A stretch of DNA of 64,000 nucleotides, taken from the IMG/VR virus record IMGVR_UViG_3300031774_000002. One strand, 5' to 3'. Source of the DNA: an uncultured virus (IMG/VR IMGVR_UViG_3300031774_000002) (taxonomy: Duplodnaviria > Heunggongvirae > Uroviricota > Caudoviricetes). The translations under genes were made by a program, and so were the position numbers. Shown piece by piece: positions 34,223 through 43,951 of this stretch (position 1 is the stretch's first letter; each line of letters begins with the position of its first letter). The notes beneath the pieces are model-generated. The model saw nothing but the letters and a program-made list of their open reading frames with translations, was not told the DNA's origin and made no database searches.

Positions 34223-34837
34223 CTAATATATTTTCAGCACAATAGACTTTAATTTCTTATTGTCTATTGGTGAAAATTCTCTTATGAATGGAGTATAATT
34301 TTTGATAAGTTTTATTGTCTCATTTAAAACAATATCATCATACTTCTTCCATTGTTGTGTATAGTTAAGTAACTGGTCTAATAGAACCAATGTTTCTAAA
34401 CTAATTTTATTCTGTGCATAATGGCGATAGAGTATTGGGTGTGATCCGTCTTTCATTACAAACAACTCATCAAATGATTCTTCGACATTATAAAGATAAT
34501 CTATTTCTTCAGAGAACATGTATGAGAGTGTTTCTATTTTCCTATTCCATTCACCTATCATTCCATAATAGTCAGCACCAAACATATTTCCAATCCATGG
34601 CTTAGAGCCAGATGTATAGTGTGCGACCAAAAACTTTAAAAACTTTTTCTGCGAAAACTTCCTAGATGCTTTCTCAAAGAAATACTTATCTTTGCGAGAG
34701 ATGTATGAAGTTTCATTTGCTCTTACTTGACCATTGTATTTAAAATAATCATAAGAGTCTCTTGTAAAATGTTGCTGTACTGCTAAGTAAGTTTTGTAAC
34801 AATCAAATCCAGACATATTCGGTTTATCATCTTCCAT
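34223..34837 (-). CDS. gp59: Helicase loader gp59-like
   Basis: FDCYKTYLA..QHFT..YDYFKYNG, RKDKYFFEK, ISLETLV; lies between gp33 and gp32. Confidence 0.88.
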   Translation of the reverse strand: MEDDKPNMSGFDCYKTYLAVQQHFTRDSYDYFKYNGQVRANETSYISRKDKYFFEKASRKFSQKKFLKFLVAHYTSGSKPWIGNMFGADYYGMIGEWNRKIETLSYMFSEEIDYLYNVEESFDELFVMKDGSHPILYRHYAQNKISLETLVLLDQLLNYTQQWKKYDDIVLNETIKLIKNYTPFIREFSPIDNKKLKSIVLKIY

Positions 34838-34838
34838 A

Positions 34839-35060
34839 TTAAAGTGGTAATCTTGCACCTTTTGCTAAGAAGTTTAGATCTTGAGCTTCAACCTCTAACT
34901 TACCTTTAATTGTTGTATTGACCAACTTTGCTGCAATCTCAATCTCTAACCCATTTTTCTCACAATACCATATAATAGCATCAAGATATGATATTCTTTT
35001 TTCAATAACAGTTTTCTCTATGATAGCTGAAAACTTTGATGTTGACATAACTTCAACCAT
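34839..35060 (-). CDS. gp33: Late transcription coactivator gp33
   Basis: FSAIIEK.V....SYLDAI..YCEKN.LEIE..KL...EAQDLNFL. Confidence 0.88.
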   Translation of the reverse strand: MVEVMSTSKFSAIIEKTVIEKRISYLDAIIWYCEKNGLEIEIAAKLVNTTIKGKLEVEAQDLNFLAKGARLPL

Positions 35061-35587
35061 TATTTCTCCCACCTATAAAAAATGTGATCCTCGATCTCAA
35101 TCGTTTTAGTTTTAGTTGCAGCCCAATCAGGTAAAACATAATCTGCATGATAGTGGGTAGCTCCCTCTGTGATATCTATTATACTACTATTTGACACATA
35201 TGTCAACATTAATGTTTTTATTTTGTTAAATGTTTTCCAATCAAAAATGGTATCTGTCTTGCCATCACACCACCAAGAAAACTGACATTTGTTTCTTATG
35301 GGGACATTAGAACCATCTCTCCAACTTTTTTTATAAAGGCTCTGTGTAACAACTTCCTTTATTGTATTTGGGAAACGATGATCACCCACTCTATTCAATG
35401 TTACTTGAGCAACAGCAATCTGTCCTGCTATACCTTGATTCCTCGCCTCAAAATAAACATTCTTTGCGAGCCATGTAACTTCATGGTCATCAACCTCTTC
35501 AGCAGTTACTGATTCTGGATATATTAAAATAAAAAGAAGAATTAAATTCATTAAAAATAAAATAAGAAACATCACAAAATTTTTCAT
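35060..35587 (-). CDS. SleB-like cell wall hydrolase with N-terminal membrane anchor
   Basis: LAKNVYFEARNQ...AVAQVTLNRV, CQFSW, GATHYHADYV.P.W, HIFY. Confidence 0.9.
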   Translation of the reverse strand: MKNFVMFLILFLMNLILLFILIYPESVTAEEVDDHEVTWLAKNVYFEARNQGIAGQIAVAQVTLNRVGDHRFPNTIKEVVTQSLYKKSWRDGSNVPIRNKCQFSWWCDGKTDTIFDWKTFNKIKTLMLTYVSNSSIIDITEGATHYHADYVLPDWAATKTKTIEIEDHIFYRWEK

Positions 35588-35595
35588 AATTAAAC

Positions 35596-35829
35596 TCACC
35601 ACCATTCATCATTAGTAATACATTCAATCCACATATGCGCAGAGTTGAAGTCTGAAAAAAATCTCAACTCTGTTTCATCTAAGAAAGGGTGTATAGCAAA
35701 TACCATAACTTGATCTTGTCCGAGTGTTGATATTTTTATACCCCAACCATTGACAATGAGCATATCAAAAGAGCGAAATGAATCGCTTTCTATTCGTTTT
35801 TGATCATCCCATTTACTCAATATTATCAT
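35596..35829 (-). CDS. Hypothetical protein
   Basis: 77-aa ORF tightly packed in the operon. Confidence 0.6.
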   Translation of the reverse strand: MIILSKWDDQKRIESDSFRSFDMLIVNGWGIKISTLGQDQVMVFAIHPFLDETELRFFSDFNSAHMWIECITNDEWW

Positions 35830-36488
35830 ACCTCTATTGATTCTTTATATTTGGCTATTGTCTGAATACACTCACCGATATAGTTGTCTCTCTTTTCGAT
35901 GAACACTTGCGGTTTTGGTTCATTCTCAACCGCAATGACAATAACAATTTGATCAACAGGTATCTTCGTTCTTTCTTCAAACATAACACAGTATGCTGAA
36001 GCCTGCTGGAAATAATTTCCGATGTATTCTTTTTTCTTTAACTTCGATGCGGTCTTGTAGTCAATGATTGACAACCGACCATTAAACTCTGCTACACAGT
36101 CAACACGACCAGCAATACCCAGATAGTCTGAGTACAAAGGACACTCTTGAGCGTATACTAATCCGATCGATTCATCAAGAACCGATTTGACTGATTTGAA
36201 CATTGCTTTTTCATGTGGAAGAAATTTAGTCATGTCAAGCTCATTGTTGACATAGTCTTCACACATCTGGTGAACATTAGTTCCTCGTCTTGCTGCTTGT
36301 GTGGAGATGCGGTTGGCTTCATCCTCGCCAACACGCTGTCTCCAAGCAGCAATTGCTTCTTTTGACAGAACACTTAGGACTGTCGTGATACTTGGATATG
36401 AACCTTTTGGTGTCACATAATGACGCTTACCATTAATTGTTTCAGTATCAAGCTCAGTAAAATCTATCTTTTTATGTTCAAACATCAT
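35826..36488 (-). CDS. PD-(D/E)XK exonuclease
   Basis: YPSITTVL, RGTNVH, AGRVDCVAE...IIDYKT, QASAY. Confidence 0.9.
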   Translation of the reverse strand: MMFEHKKIDFTELDTETINGKRHYVTPKGSYPSITTVLSVLSKEAIAAWRQRVGEDEANRISTQAARRGTNVHQMCEDYVNNELDMTKFLPHEKAMFKSVKSVLDESIGLVYAQECPLYSDYLGIAGRVDCVAEFNGRLSIIDYKTASKLKKKEYIGNYFQQASAYCVMFEERTKIPVDQIVIVIAVENEPKPQVFIEKRDNYIGECIQTIAKYKESIEV

Positions 36489-36558
36489 GTAAATCTCTCA
36501 CCGTTAATATCTAATTTTAGCTCATATATCAAAAAAAGCAAAGCAACTATTTGTCTAT

Positions 36559-37341
36559 TTAGCTATATACTCCCATTTCATAGCATGTTTCGAGATACTC
36601 TCGAACAAAATCGGATCGAACGATATCTTGTGGTCCAAAGTCAATGCTCTGAAAAGACTCCATCTTTGATAGTATCTTTGTAAACTTAGAGCAACCTGAT
36701 TCGGTGCTGTATCGTTCGCTTGTTAAATCGTCTTGCTTGCCATCACCTGAGAATATAATTCTTGAGTTTTCACCCACTCTAGTGATAACAGTATTTAATT
36801 CCCCCCATGAAAGATTCTGGAATTCATCAACAATTACAATCGCATCATCCCATGTTTGACCACGAATAAATGATGTTGTTGTGAATACTATTTTTTGTTT
36901 TTGTTTTAAGATTTGATATGCGTCACCTCTACCAAACAGATCGCTGAAGATTGCTTCGTATGGTGCTTCGTAGACTTTTGTTTTCTCTTGAATGGATCCT
37001 GGAAGGAAACCCATGTCACGAGAAGGGACTACACTCCTCACTATCACTAGCTGTTGTTTTTGGTCTACTTTATGGATGATGTCACGGATAGCCAGATAAC
37101 ATGATAAGAATGTCTTACCAGTCCCAGCACAGCCATGTAAGACTGCATTGTAACCGCTATTGTATGCTGTAAAAACATCTCGCTGTGTTTCTGTTAATGG
37201 TTGGATATCGTGAAGTGTTAGACCTGAATGCTGTCTGTTTCTTGTTCCACGATTAGCTTTTTTCTCCTTCTTCTTTTGCCGTTTGTTTACATAATAATCA
37301 AAGTCTGATATATTTTCTTCGTATGCAAAAGTGGATGACAT
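36559..37341 (-). CDS. phoH: PhoH-like ATPase
   Basis: GCAGTGKTFL, GFLPGS, FIRGQT, IVDEFQN, IVRS; start reassigned to ATG 37341 after GGAG. Confidence 0.93.
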   Translation of the reverse strand: MSSTFAYEENISDFDYYVNKRQKKKEKKANRGTRNRQHSGLTLHDIQPLTETQRDVFTAYNSGYNAVLHGCAGTGKTFLSCYLAIRDIIHKVDQKQQLVIVRSVVPSRDMGFLPGSIQEKTKVYEAPYEAIFSDLFGRGDAYQILKQKQKIVFTTTSFIRGQTWDDAIVIVDEFQNLSWGELNTVITRVGENSRIIFSGDGKQDDLTSERYSTESGCSKFTKILSKMESFQSIDFGPQDIVRSDFVREYLETCYEMGVYS

Positions 37342-37372
37342 AGAGTCTCCTGTTGGTTGTGGGTTGATGTTA

Positions 37373-37747
37373 TCATTTTTTCTTACTTGCCTTTGCTTCT
37401 GCCAATGTTGCTTCAGCGTTGTCAAGATCTGAAAAGTTATATCGACCACTCTTACGAAAGCCTGCCTTTTCTGCAGCTTCGTTTACCTTTGCGGTTTTTG
37501 TTGATCTACCACCTACTTTATCTGCTAGTGCAGAACTGGGATGAGCCTCAGCGATGCGAGAAAGATTATCTTTCCACCCTGAGTCTTGATTAGAGTCAAA
37601 ATTAATACCTGACACCATGCTTGGTGCACGTGTTATAATTTGTTTGAGCTGGGGATTGTCTTTTAAAAAGACTTCTTTCTGTGATATGGATAATAATAAA
37701 GTGACTTGCTCTTTTGTCTCTTTATCTTCAAAATCATATAATGGCAT
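37373..37747 (-). CDS. FmdB-like conserved phage protein
   Basis: MPLYDF.D..T N-terminus and GWKDNLSRIAEAHP; directly upstream of phoH. Confidence 0.65.
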   Translation of the reverse strand: MPLYDFEDKETKEQVTLLLSISQKEVFLKDNPQLKQIITRAPSMVSGINFDSNQDSGWKDNLSRIAEAHPSSALADKVGGRSTKTAKVNEAAEKAGFRKSGRYNFSDLDNAEATLAEAKASKKK

Positions 37748-37829
37748 AATAATAACTCCAATAAACTCATATTCTAAATGTATTTATGCGCAGTAAATAT
37801 TTCACTATTGTGTGTATCAACATTATAAT

Positions 37830-37854
37830 AAAAAAAGGGAGACAAATGTCTCCC
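37830..37854 (-). terminator. Rho-independent terminator after the OMP gene
   Basis: gggagac-aaat-gtctccc plus A-run on the + strand. Confidence 0.8.
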
Positions 37855-37874
37855 CCTTTATCTACAACTTAAAA

Positions 37875-38228
37875 TTAGAAGTTGAATTTTACTTCAGTTT
37901 CAAGTGTGTGTGACCAATCATCAACATTGGTGCTTTCAATAACACCTTTGATTTGGAACCCACCAACATTAACGATGTAACCAGCTTCAGCTGATTCGCC
38001 AGTGTTGAAATCCAAACCATCACCAAACTTACCGTATTCTACATACGCTTTGCCATCTAATAAAGTAGTACCGAGACGAAGTGTACCAACGGTGTCGTCA
38101 AATGATCCAAGAGAATCGAATTTATCAAACGCTACATCATTTTCATAAACAACATAAGCTCCCGCAGACGCAGTAGAGGCAGCAAATAAAGCAACTAATG
38201 CGATCAAAGTAGTTTTTAAATTATTCAT
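37875..38228 (-). CDS. Small outer-membrane beta-barrel-like protein
   Basis: Signal peptide (MNNLKTTLIALVALFAASTASA), amphipathic beta pattern, C-terminal ETEVKFNF. Confidence 0.75.
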   Translation of the reverse strand: MNNLKTTLIALVALFAASTASAGAYVVYENDVAFDKFDSLGSFDDTVGTLRLGTTLLDGKAYVEYGKFGDGLDFNTGESAEAGYIVNVGGFQIKGVIESTNVDDWSHTLETEVKFNF

Positions 38229-38294
38229 ATTTCTTTCCTGTTTTAGTTTAATTGAACACACTTAGATGTAACCAAAGTGCGAATATTGTCTCCA

Positions 38295-38831
38295 TTAATG
38301 GAACCAATTTGGTTGACTACGCTTTGTCCATCTAGCGAAGTCTTTTTTCTCGTTTATATAATAAGAACGATAAGCCTCAATGGGATCACTGTCCTTACAA
38401 TATTCTGGCATACACTGTGGTAATTGTGTAAGACCTTTATCTTCAATATTCTCTGGTGGCATTTTTAATATACCACGCAATTTACGAGCAGTCTCATGAA
38501 CCTTTCCATAACGGTGAGTGTATTCATCGCACAATGAAACAAATAAATCATAGTGCCACTCATAGTTCTGTCTTGACTCTCTAGTCCACACAGTACACGG
38601 ATGGTTCATATGCACTGCTTTATATAAGACAAAGTCCATATATGAATTAGAAAGAATGTATTGCGTTTGCTTCCTTCCACTTGGACTTTTACCAACCACC
38701 TCTGTACCATCTATCATTCGATGTGCCGTTGATAACATCTGAGCGGACTCAAGTATCATCTTCACCACATGTTTATCGCAATGGTGTATTGCTGCGATAT
38801 CTGGTTCATTATGTAAAAAGAATATGTTCAT
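38295..38831 (-). CDS. Pyrimidine-dimer DNA glycosylase / endonuclease V-like family protein
   Basis: MNIFFL...CDKHVVKMILESAQMLSTAH, HPCTVW, EYTHRYGKVH, AYRSYY. Confidence 0.8.
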   Translation of the reverse strand: MNIFFLHNEPDIAAIHHCDKHVVKMILESAQMLSTAHRMIDGTEVVGKSPSGRKQTQYILSNSYMDFVLYKAVHMNHPCTVWTRESRQNYEWHYDLFVSLCDEYTHRYGKVHETARKLRGILKMPPENIEDKGLTQLPQCMPEYCKDSDPIEAYRSYYINEKKDFARWTKRSQPNWFH

Positions 38832-38903
38832 AATATATAGTAGATTATGCCTTAAAATAGACTACAAAACAACCGCAATTAATTGCGGCAAATAGTTGGT
38901 TGA

Positions 38904-39098
38904 CTATGGTCTTTCATACCATTCTTTTCTGAAGGGAGGATTTTTCTTAGACTCCTTTTTCTTATCAATATGAGTTGAGGGTTTATGGAACTTATCCATA
39001 TTCTTTTTAACAGGATCTTTTTTTCCGAAGATATTATCCCAGTTTGCATCAATCTTTGATTGATCCTCTGGTCTTCGTTTGCTACCTTTACCAGCCAT
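38904..39098 (-). CDS. Small basic hypothetical protein
   Basis: GGAG RBS; GKGSKRRP...NWDNIF. Confidence 0.65.
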   Translation of the reverse strand: MAGKGSKRRPEDQSKIDANWDNIFGKKDPVKKNMDKFHKPSTHIDKKKESKKNPPFRKEWYERP

Positions 39099-39106
39099 TA
39101 TTTCTC

Positions 39107-39379
39107 CTAGCCTTTTAAAGACCTTGACAGTTCGGTGAATCCACCAACATAGGTTTTTTTACGAACTCTTTCATTCTCAAACCTTTCATCATGTTGCTCA
39201 ATGAAGATTTGTGGCACAGTTCTAAATTGATGACCAGCAATATTCATGAGCTCAGTTTGTTTATCACCACTCACATCAGCGAGATCAAAGTATTTAAACT
39301 CTAAATCTCTTGCTTCAAGTAATGCTTTGGCTTGAGTGCAATATCCGCATGAGGCACTTCCATATATTTCGTAAATCAT
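39107..39379 (-). CDS. Glutaredoxin
   Basis: CGYC, RTVPQIF, YVGGFTEL. Confidence 0.92.
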   Translation of the reverse strand: MIYEIYGSASCGYCTQAKALLEARDLEFKYFDLADVSGDKQTELMNIAGHQFRTVPQIFIEQHDERFENERVRKKTYVGGFTELSRSLKG

Positions 39380-39697
39380 TTATTTCTCCAAACTCTTTTG
39401 AATTAATTTTAACATGTTATTCATGCCATTTGACATCTGAATAGTTTTGATAACTTGAGCACGAGCAGGTGTGCGTAGTTGGAGAAGGACATCTTTAATC
39501 TTCTGTGCTTCCCGAGCAGTAACTGTAATGGTAACACCATCGTCAGTGATCACTGTATTAACAGCTCTAAATCGTTTCTTGTCGACGACTTCAGATGCGG
39601 ATGATGAGTCCAATATCTTGCCAAGTTGATCCCACATGGAGACATTAACAAATTCGTTATCAAAGTCATCACCAAAATGTAATTTACCATCTATCAT
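39380..39697 (-). CDS. Hypothetical protein
   Basis: 105-aa ORF abutting the glutaredoxin start. Confidence 0.65.
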   Translation of the reverse strand: MIDGKLHFGDDFDNEFVNVSMWDQLGKILDSSSASEVVDKKRFRAVNTVITDDGVTITVTAREAQKIKDVLLQLRTPARAQVIKTIQMSNGMNNMLKLIQKSLEK

Positions 39698-39817
39698 ATA
39701 TCCATCCCTTAAATATAAAGTTCATTGTGAAATAAATAATCCCACACTGGCAGATTTGTAGCCAATGTGAAAAGTGCTAATATAATAAAGATTTCAACAA
39801 GCTCATCTCTATTCATA

Positions 39818-40006
39818 TTAATAACCACTTGTCATATGAATATAATGTTCACCAGTTTCTTCAAGAGGCTCACCGCAAATACACATATCAGCAGTTTCAC
39901 TGATATACTGCTCACGCTCAAAGTATGCAATGTCAGCATCAGTTGTATAAGGGCAAGTGTTTTCTTGAATAGCTTTATCTATTCTAGCTTGTAATACTTT
40001 ATCCAT
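39818..40006 (-). CDS. Hypothetical protein with Cys/His cluster
   Basis: CICG...HYIHM; TAATG overlap with the upstream gene. Confidence 0.6.
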   Translation of the reverse strand: MDKVLQARIDKAIQENTCPYTTDADIAYFEREQYISETADMCICGEPLEETGEHYIHMTSGY

Positions 40007-40329
40007 TATTGTAACTCCGAAAGTAATTCATCAAAAATTCGTTTTTTCTCAGTGCGCAGTCTCTCACCAAAATTTAATAAACTCTCATCATCAGGAGAGA
40101 TATGGTAACAGTTCTCAATTAGATCAAGAACATCATCTATTGTATTAGCATAATGGCTTTCATTTCCAACAACAATACGCCAATGAGTAGTTCTAAAATT
40201 TAATGATTCACTATTATCAAGTGTCTCAACATGTGACACAATCACCTCATCATTGTATCTCATATTAAAGTGTGACACAGTTTCAAGATAAGAAGTTGAA
40301 TCAGAACCAAAGTGTGTTTTATACGGCAT
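40006..40329 (-). CDS. Hypothetical protein
   Basis: AGGAG RBS, 107 aa. Confidence 0.65.
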   Translation of the reverse strand: MPYKTHFGSDSTSYLETVSHFNMRYNDEVIVSHVETLDNSESLNFRTTHWRIVVGNESHYANTIDDVLDLIENCYHISPDDESLLNFGERLRTEKKRIFDELLSELQ

Positions 40330-40338
40330 CTTTTCTCC

Positions 40339-40719
40339 TTAAATTTTTGATGGGTGTAGTCCAAAACCTTCAGAATCATCTATAGTTGCTTGATAAAAGA
40401 TAATGTCAAAGATTTTATTCTCAATCTTATCAAATATCTCTCTCGCAAATTTCTCAGCTTCAGCATCATCTAGATTTGATACAGCTTCTCTCAAATTAAG
40501 ACTACTGAGGAAGTCCATATAATGAGCCTCACCATGCTTATCCCAATCATAATCCCAAAGACTTTTAAGAAGGATTTTAGACTGTCTAAGGTTAATGTTC
40601 TCAAACGGAAAATCAGCATGACGGTCAAAGTTGAAAGAAGGATCATCACGATACCTTCTTTGAAAATCACTTTGACCAAAAATAAATTCTCTCAATGGAG
40701 TATAATAACTGACCATCAA
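40339..40719 (-). CDS. Hypothetical protein
   Basis: GGAG RBS, 126 aa. Confidence 0.65.
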   Translation of the reverse strand: MMVSYYTPLREFIFGQSDFQRRYRDDPSFNFDRHADFPFENINLRQSKILLKSLWDYDWDKHGEAHYMDFLSSLNLREAVSNLDDAEAEKFAREIFDKIENKIFDIIFYQATIDDSEGFGLHPSKI

Positions 40720-40725
40720 ACTCTC

Positions 40726-41106
40726 CTATAGATAAAGTGGACCAGTCCAATTAACATCATATTCTTCAAAGATATTACCACGAGCTTTGTTTTTAGCAGG
40801 AGCATTCCAACTTGCAGCTTTTAAAATATCACCTTTCTTAAATTTGTCGCCATCTTCTTTGACCACAAAACCCCAAACACTATTGTCAGAAATAAGTTTG
40901 ACATATTTCTTACCGCGAGTATTCACAACAAGACTCTCATCAAACTCTTTGAATCTTTCTGAGAAGTATTCATCATTTAAGAATTCGCTACGATCACGCT
41001 GATCACACCACTTCTTATAATCAGCAACAGCGAGTTGACGCATAATTTCAATAGACTCATCAAAATTATCATTAGCGGGAATATTTTTAAAATAACGAGT
41101 AACCAT
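40726..41106 (-). CDS. Conserved phage early protein
   Basis: GKKYVKL...SVWGFV...GDILKAASWNAPAK..RGNIF...WTGP.YL. Confidence 0.75.
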   Translation of the reverse strand: MVTRYFKNIPANDNFDESIEIMRQLAVADYKKWCDQRDRSEFLNDEYFSERFKEFDESLVVNTRGKKYVKLISDNSVWGFVVKEDGDKFKKGDILKAASWNAPAKNKARGNIFEEYDVNWTGPLYL

Positions 41107-41130
41107 AATATAACTCCGAATTAAATTTTA

Positions 41131-41337
41131 TTACTTATTACCAATACAATCAATATGGTCAGCAACTTTCTGCTCAAGATCAGAATTTTCAGCAATAATC
41201 ATTTCAAGAAATGAAGAAAGATAACCAATGTCATAATTTGAATCACAATAATCTGGTCGTGAATCACGAACTCTTTTTTTGAATTCATTCATTAGACTTC
41301 TAGCACGGATATAACTTTCGTTGGTGGAATTACTCAT
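41131..41337 (-). CDS. Hypothetical early protein
   Basis: First ORF after the promoter at 41371-41399. Confidence 0.6.
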   Translation of the reverse strand: MSNSTNESYIRARSLMNEFKKRVRDSRPDYCDSNYDIGYLSSFLEMIIAENSDLEQKVADHIDCIGNK

Positions 41338-41370
41338 AGGATTATCTCTCTCTCATTAGTTTACAAGAGA

Positions 41371-41399
41371 ATTCTACCCCATAAATCAGGTTTCGACAA
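41371..41399 (-). promoter_or_regulatory. Sigma70-like early promoter
   Basis: TTGTCG-17-TAGAAT with an A/T-rich upstream tract. Confidence 0.6.
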
Positions 41400-41456
41400 C
41401 ACTTTTTTTAATTAAAAAACGGTAATTTTACACATTTTTACTAAATAGTGCGTTTT

Positions 41457-42887
41457 TTATACGATTTTAACCCCATAGACTTCCTCGAATAGCTCCGCAT
41501 CGACTTTAGTGTTGGCAATCGGATATCCTTTGATATTCAGTGAAGTATTCAGCAACATAGGAATCCCAGTCTTTTCATGATATTTGGTGAGTAATCTCCA
41601 CAAACCATCATGCTGTTCTTTAGTGACTGTCTGAACTCGGCTTGTTCCATCATAATGAGTTATGGCTGGAAACTTTTCTGGGTCTTTTGCCATCACAACA
41701 TATTGCATATATGGACTTTCAAATCCTTCATCAACATGAAAGTAATTATGAACTTCTGACTGAAGTATCACTGGAGCAAATGGTCTAAACTCTTGTCTTT
41801 TTTTAATCTTGTTCACAAGTTCTTTCATTTCCTTTCCAGTCGGATCAGCAAGTAGACTTCTGTTTCCTAATGCTCTTGGACCAAACTCAGCACGACCATT
41901 AGCAATACCGACAATTTTATTTCTAATCAATTCATCAATAGCTTCGTCAACTGGGTATTCTCCATCAATGTTCTTTCCGAGATATGGATTATTCCACTCT
42001 AACATCTTTTTTTCTTTTGAGGCGATAGCTCCAATCGAACTACCAGCATCGCTTGGGTTGGGCATTATCCAAACATTGTCGAATAGTTTTTTTGCGTGTC
42101 TGTTGGCTAAACAATTTAAAGCACACCCACCCATAATTACAAGATTGTCTTCGCCAGTTAATTCTTTTGTTTTGTATAACAGCTTAATAAATTCTTCTTC
42201 ATATATCTGCTGAGCAGAGCTTGCCAAATCAAAGTGATCTGCATCAGGCAATAGGTTCTTACATCCTTGATGAAAATTATATCCACACTCTAAAAGTTTT
42301 CTCATCTCATTAACATATAATGGTTTGCCATACGCAGACATTCCCATAAGAATGTATTCATCTTCATTCGGTTTCAACCCAACACGCGAAGTGATTGCCG
42401 TATAGAATAAACCTAATGAATGTGGGTATCTTTTTTTGTATAAAGTTTTATTTGTTATATTGCCAGATATGTTAGAAAAAGAACTAATAGATGTGGTTGT
42501 AAACTCACCGACAGCATCAATAACAAGAGCAGCAGACTTGTTGAATGTAGAAGTAGCAAACCCAGCAAAAGCATGACTCTCATGATGATTCCCTATTATT
42601 ATCTTTCCACTAATATTGTATTTCTTCAGATACTTCTTTGGTGATGACCAAATGTTAGATTGTCCAGCGATTAGTTTACGCAACGCTTTTTTGTGAGGGT
42701 TTTCATACCAGTATATTGTATCTGGTTCACCAAACTCTAACGCATCATTAATCAGAGATTGACATAAGTCTGGATCATTCTTAACACCACTATATCTTTC
42801 GCTATTGCTGGCAAAAAGAATATTATTGTCTTTAACAACAGCAAGAGAAGCATCGTGTGTTCCAGCCGAAACACCCCATTTAATCAT
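41457..42887 (-). CDS. Carbamoyltransferase, NodU/CmcH family
   Basis: HDAS, ERYS..KND, HHESHA, DAVGE, GGCALNC, EFGPRALGNRS, FRPFAP, LNTSLN; start reassigned to ATG 42887. Confidence 0.95.
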   Translation of the reverse strand: MIKWGVSAGTHDASLAVVKDNNILFASNSERYSGVKNDPDLCQSLINDALEFGEPDTIYWYENPHKKALRKLIAGQSNIWSSPKKYLKKYNISGKIIIGNHHESHAFAGFATSTFNKSAALVIDAVGEFTTTSISSFSNISGNITNKTLYKKRYPHSLGLFYTAITSRVGLKPNEDEYILMGMSAYGKPLYVNEMRKLLECGYNFHQGCKNLLPDADHFDLASSAQQIYEEEFIKLLYKTKELTGEDNLVIMGGCALNCLANRHAKKLFDNVWIMPNPSDAGSSIGAIASKEKKMLEWNNPYLGKNIDGEYPVDEAIDELIRNKIVGIANGRAEFGPRALGNRSLLADPTGKEMKELVNKIKKRQEFRPFAPVILQSEVHNYFHVDEGFESPYMQYVVMAKDPEKFPAITHYDGTSRVQTVTKEQHDGLWRLLTKYHEKTGIPMLLNTSLNIKGYPIANTKVDAELFEEVYGVKIV

Positions 42888-42978
42888 ATGTGTACGGATC
42901 TTTTTTATCACGCATCTTTTTTTTGAATTCTCTATTGGCTTTCCACAACTGATATTTTTCTTTAATCCAACCAATCAT
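42880..42978 (-). CDS. 32-aa basic peptide coupled to the carbamoyltransferase
   Basis: MIGWIKEKYQLWKANREFKKKMRDKKDPYTYD; overlaps both neighbours. Confidence 0.55.
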   Translation of the reverse strand: MIGWIKEKYQLWKANREFKKKMRDKKDPYTYD

Positions 42979-43789
42979 TTTTAATAAAATCCTCTTTTAT
43001 TATTTCTGCCCATTTCTTATGAAACTTACCATTAGCATGAAGACAATCTCTTGATGTTCCAAAAACATTGTTGGGTGTAGGAATTTCAGTTGCCCACTCA
43101 TTAAGGTTCCAGAATTTAGGAGCATACTCTAAATGGCGAATGTCTCTACACATCACTCTACATGCTCTCTTCAACTCATCACTCTGGCGTGTTGTATTGT
43201 GTTCTTCTAACCACTCTGGTGCTGCATCTCCTGATGTATATACAGTTGGCGACTTAGTTAATATCCTTTTTGCTTTGAGTTTTTTTACACTAAAACTCCA
43301 AGACTCTAACAAAGGCTGTGCACCTGGAGTTCCATGCGACCTCCAAGCCCAATGAGAAATTATATGATTGTTAAATGTCATTATTCTTGACGGTGCTGAC
43401 CACATATTAATAACAGCATATGGTTTAAAATTTTCTATCAACCTTACCGTATTATATGTAATAAACATATTAGATGAACCAGCAACAGAAATGTTCACTA
43501 CTGGTCGATTTATTTCTTTTTCTAGTACTGAACATACTACTTGTTCAATCGGCAATCCCAAACCCATTGTATTAGAATCACCTAAAATGACAACAGCATT
43601 ATCCCAATCAACTTCATTAAATTCTTTTGTCCTATATCCGTCACTGTTTAAGACATAAGATATATCAACATCTTTCCATCTCCTTGACCACCAGTTCTCT
43701 TTAAAGTTCTTTTCATAATTTTCTTTATTGTCGCATCCCAAAAACCTATTATCATTTTTTTGATTCAGAGCATTTCCAGTTAAAAACAT
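42962..43789 (-). CDS. SGNH/GDSL-like hydrolase-family protein
   Basis: YVLNSDGYR, ILGDSNTMG, NISVAGSS, C-terminal DCLH. Confidence 0.65.
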   Translation of the reverse strand: MFLTGNALNQKNDNRFLGCDNKENYEKNFKENWWSRRWKDVDISYVLNSDGYRTKEFNEVDWDNAVVILGDSNTMGLGLPIEQVVCSVLEKEINRPVVNISVAGSSNMFITYNTVRLIENFKPYAVINMWSAPSRIMTFNNHIISHWAWRSHGTPGAQPLLESWSFSVKKLKAKRILTKSPTVYTSGDAAPEWLEEHNTTRQSDELKRACRVMCRDIRHLEYAPKFWNLNEWATEIPTPNNVFGTSRDCLHANGKFHKKWAEIIKEDFIKNDWLD

Positions 43790-43791
43790 TA

Positions 43792-43941
43792 TTATTTACT
43801 CGCAAGCATGTATAAACCTATATTGGCAAAGGCATAGCCGATATATGTTAATAACATTGGAATGTTTGAAAATTTGATCCATTGCTCCATTCCGACATAG
43901 AGATAGATCATACCTGTGACAGCTATCAACCACGCACTCAT
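43792..43941 (-). CDS. 49-aa membrane protein
   Basis: MSAWLIAVTGMIYLYVG...YIGYAFANIGLYMLASK. Confidence 0.65.
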   Translation of the reverse strand: MSAWLIAVTGMIYLYVGMEQWIKFSNIPMLLTYIGYAFANIGLYMLASK

Positions 43942-43951
43942 AATATAATAC

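Noticed and set aside
35826..36488. Exonuclease as evidence of a CRISPR-Cas (Cas4) system
   Set aside because: Standalone PD-(D/E)XK nuclease beside phoH, lacking the Cas4 four-Cys pattern; no array.
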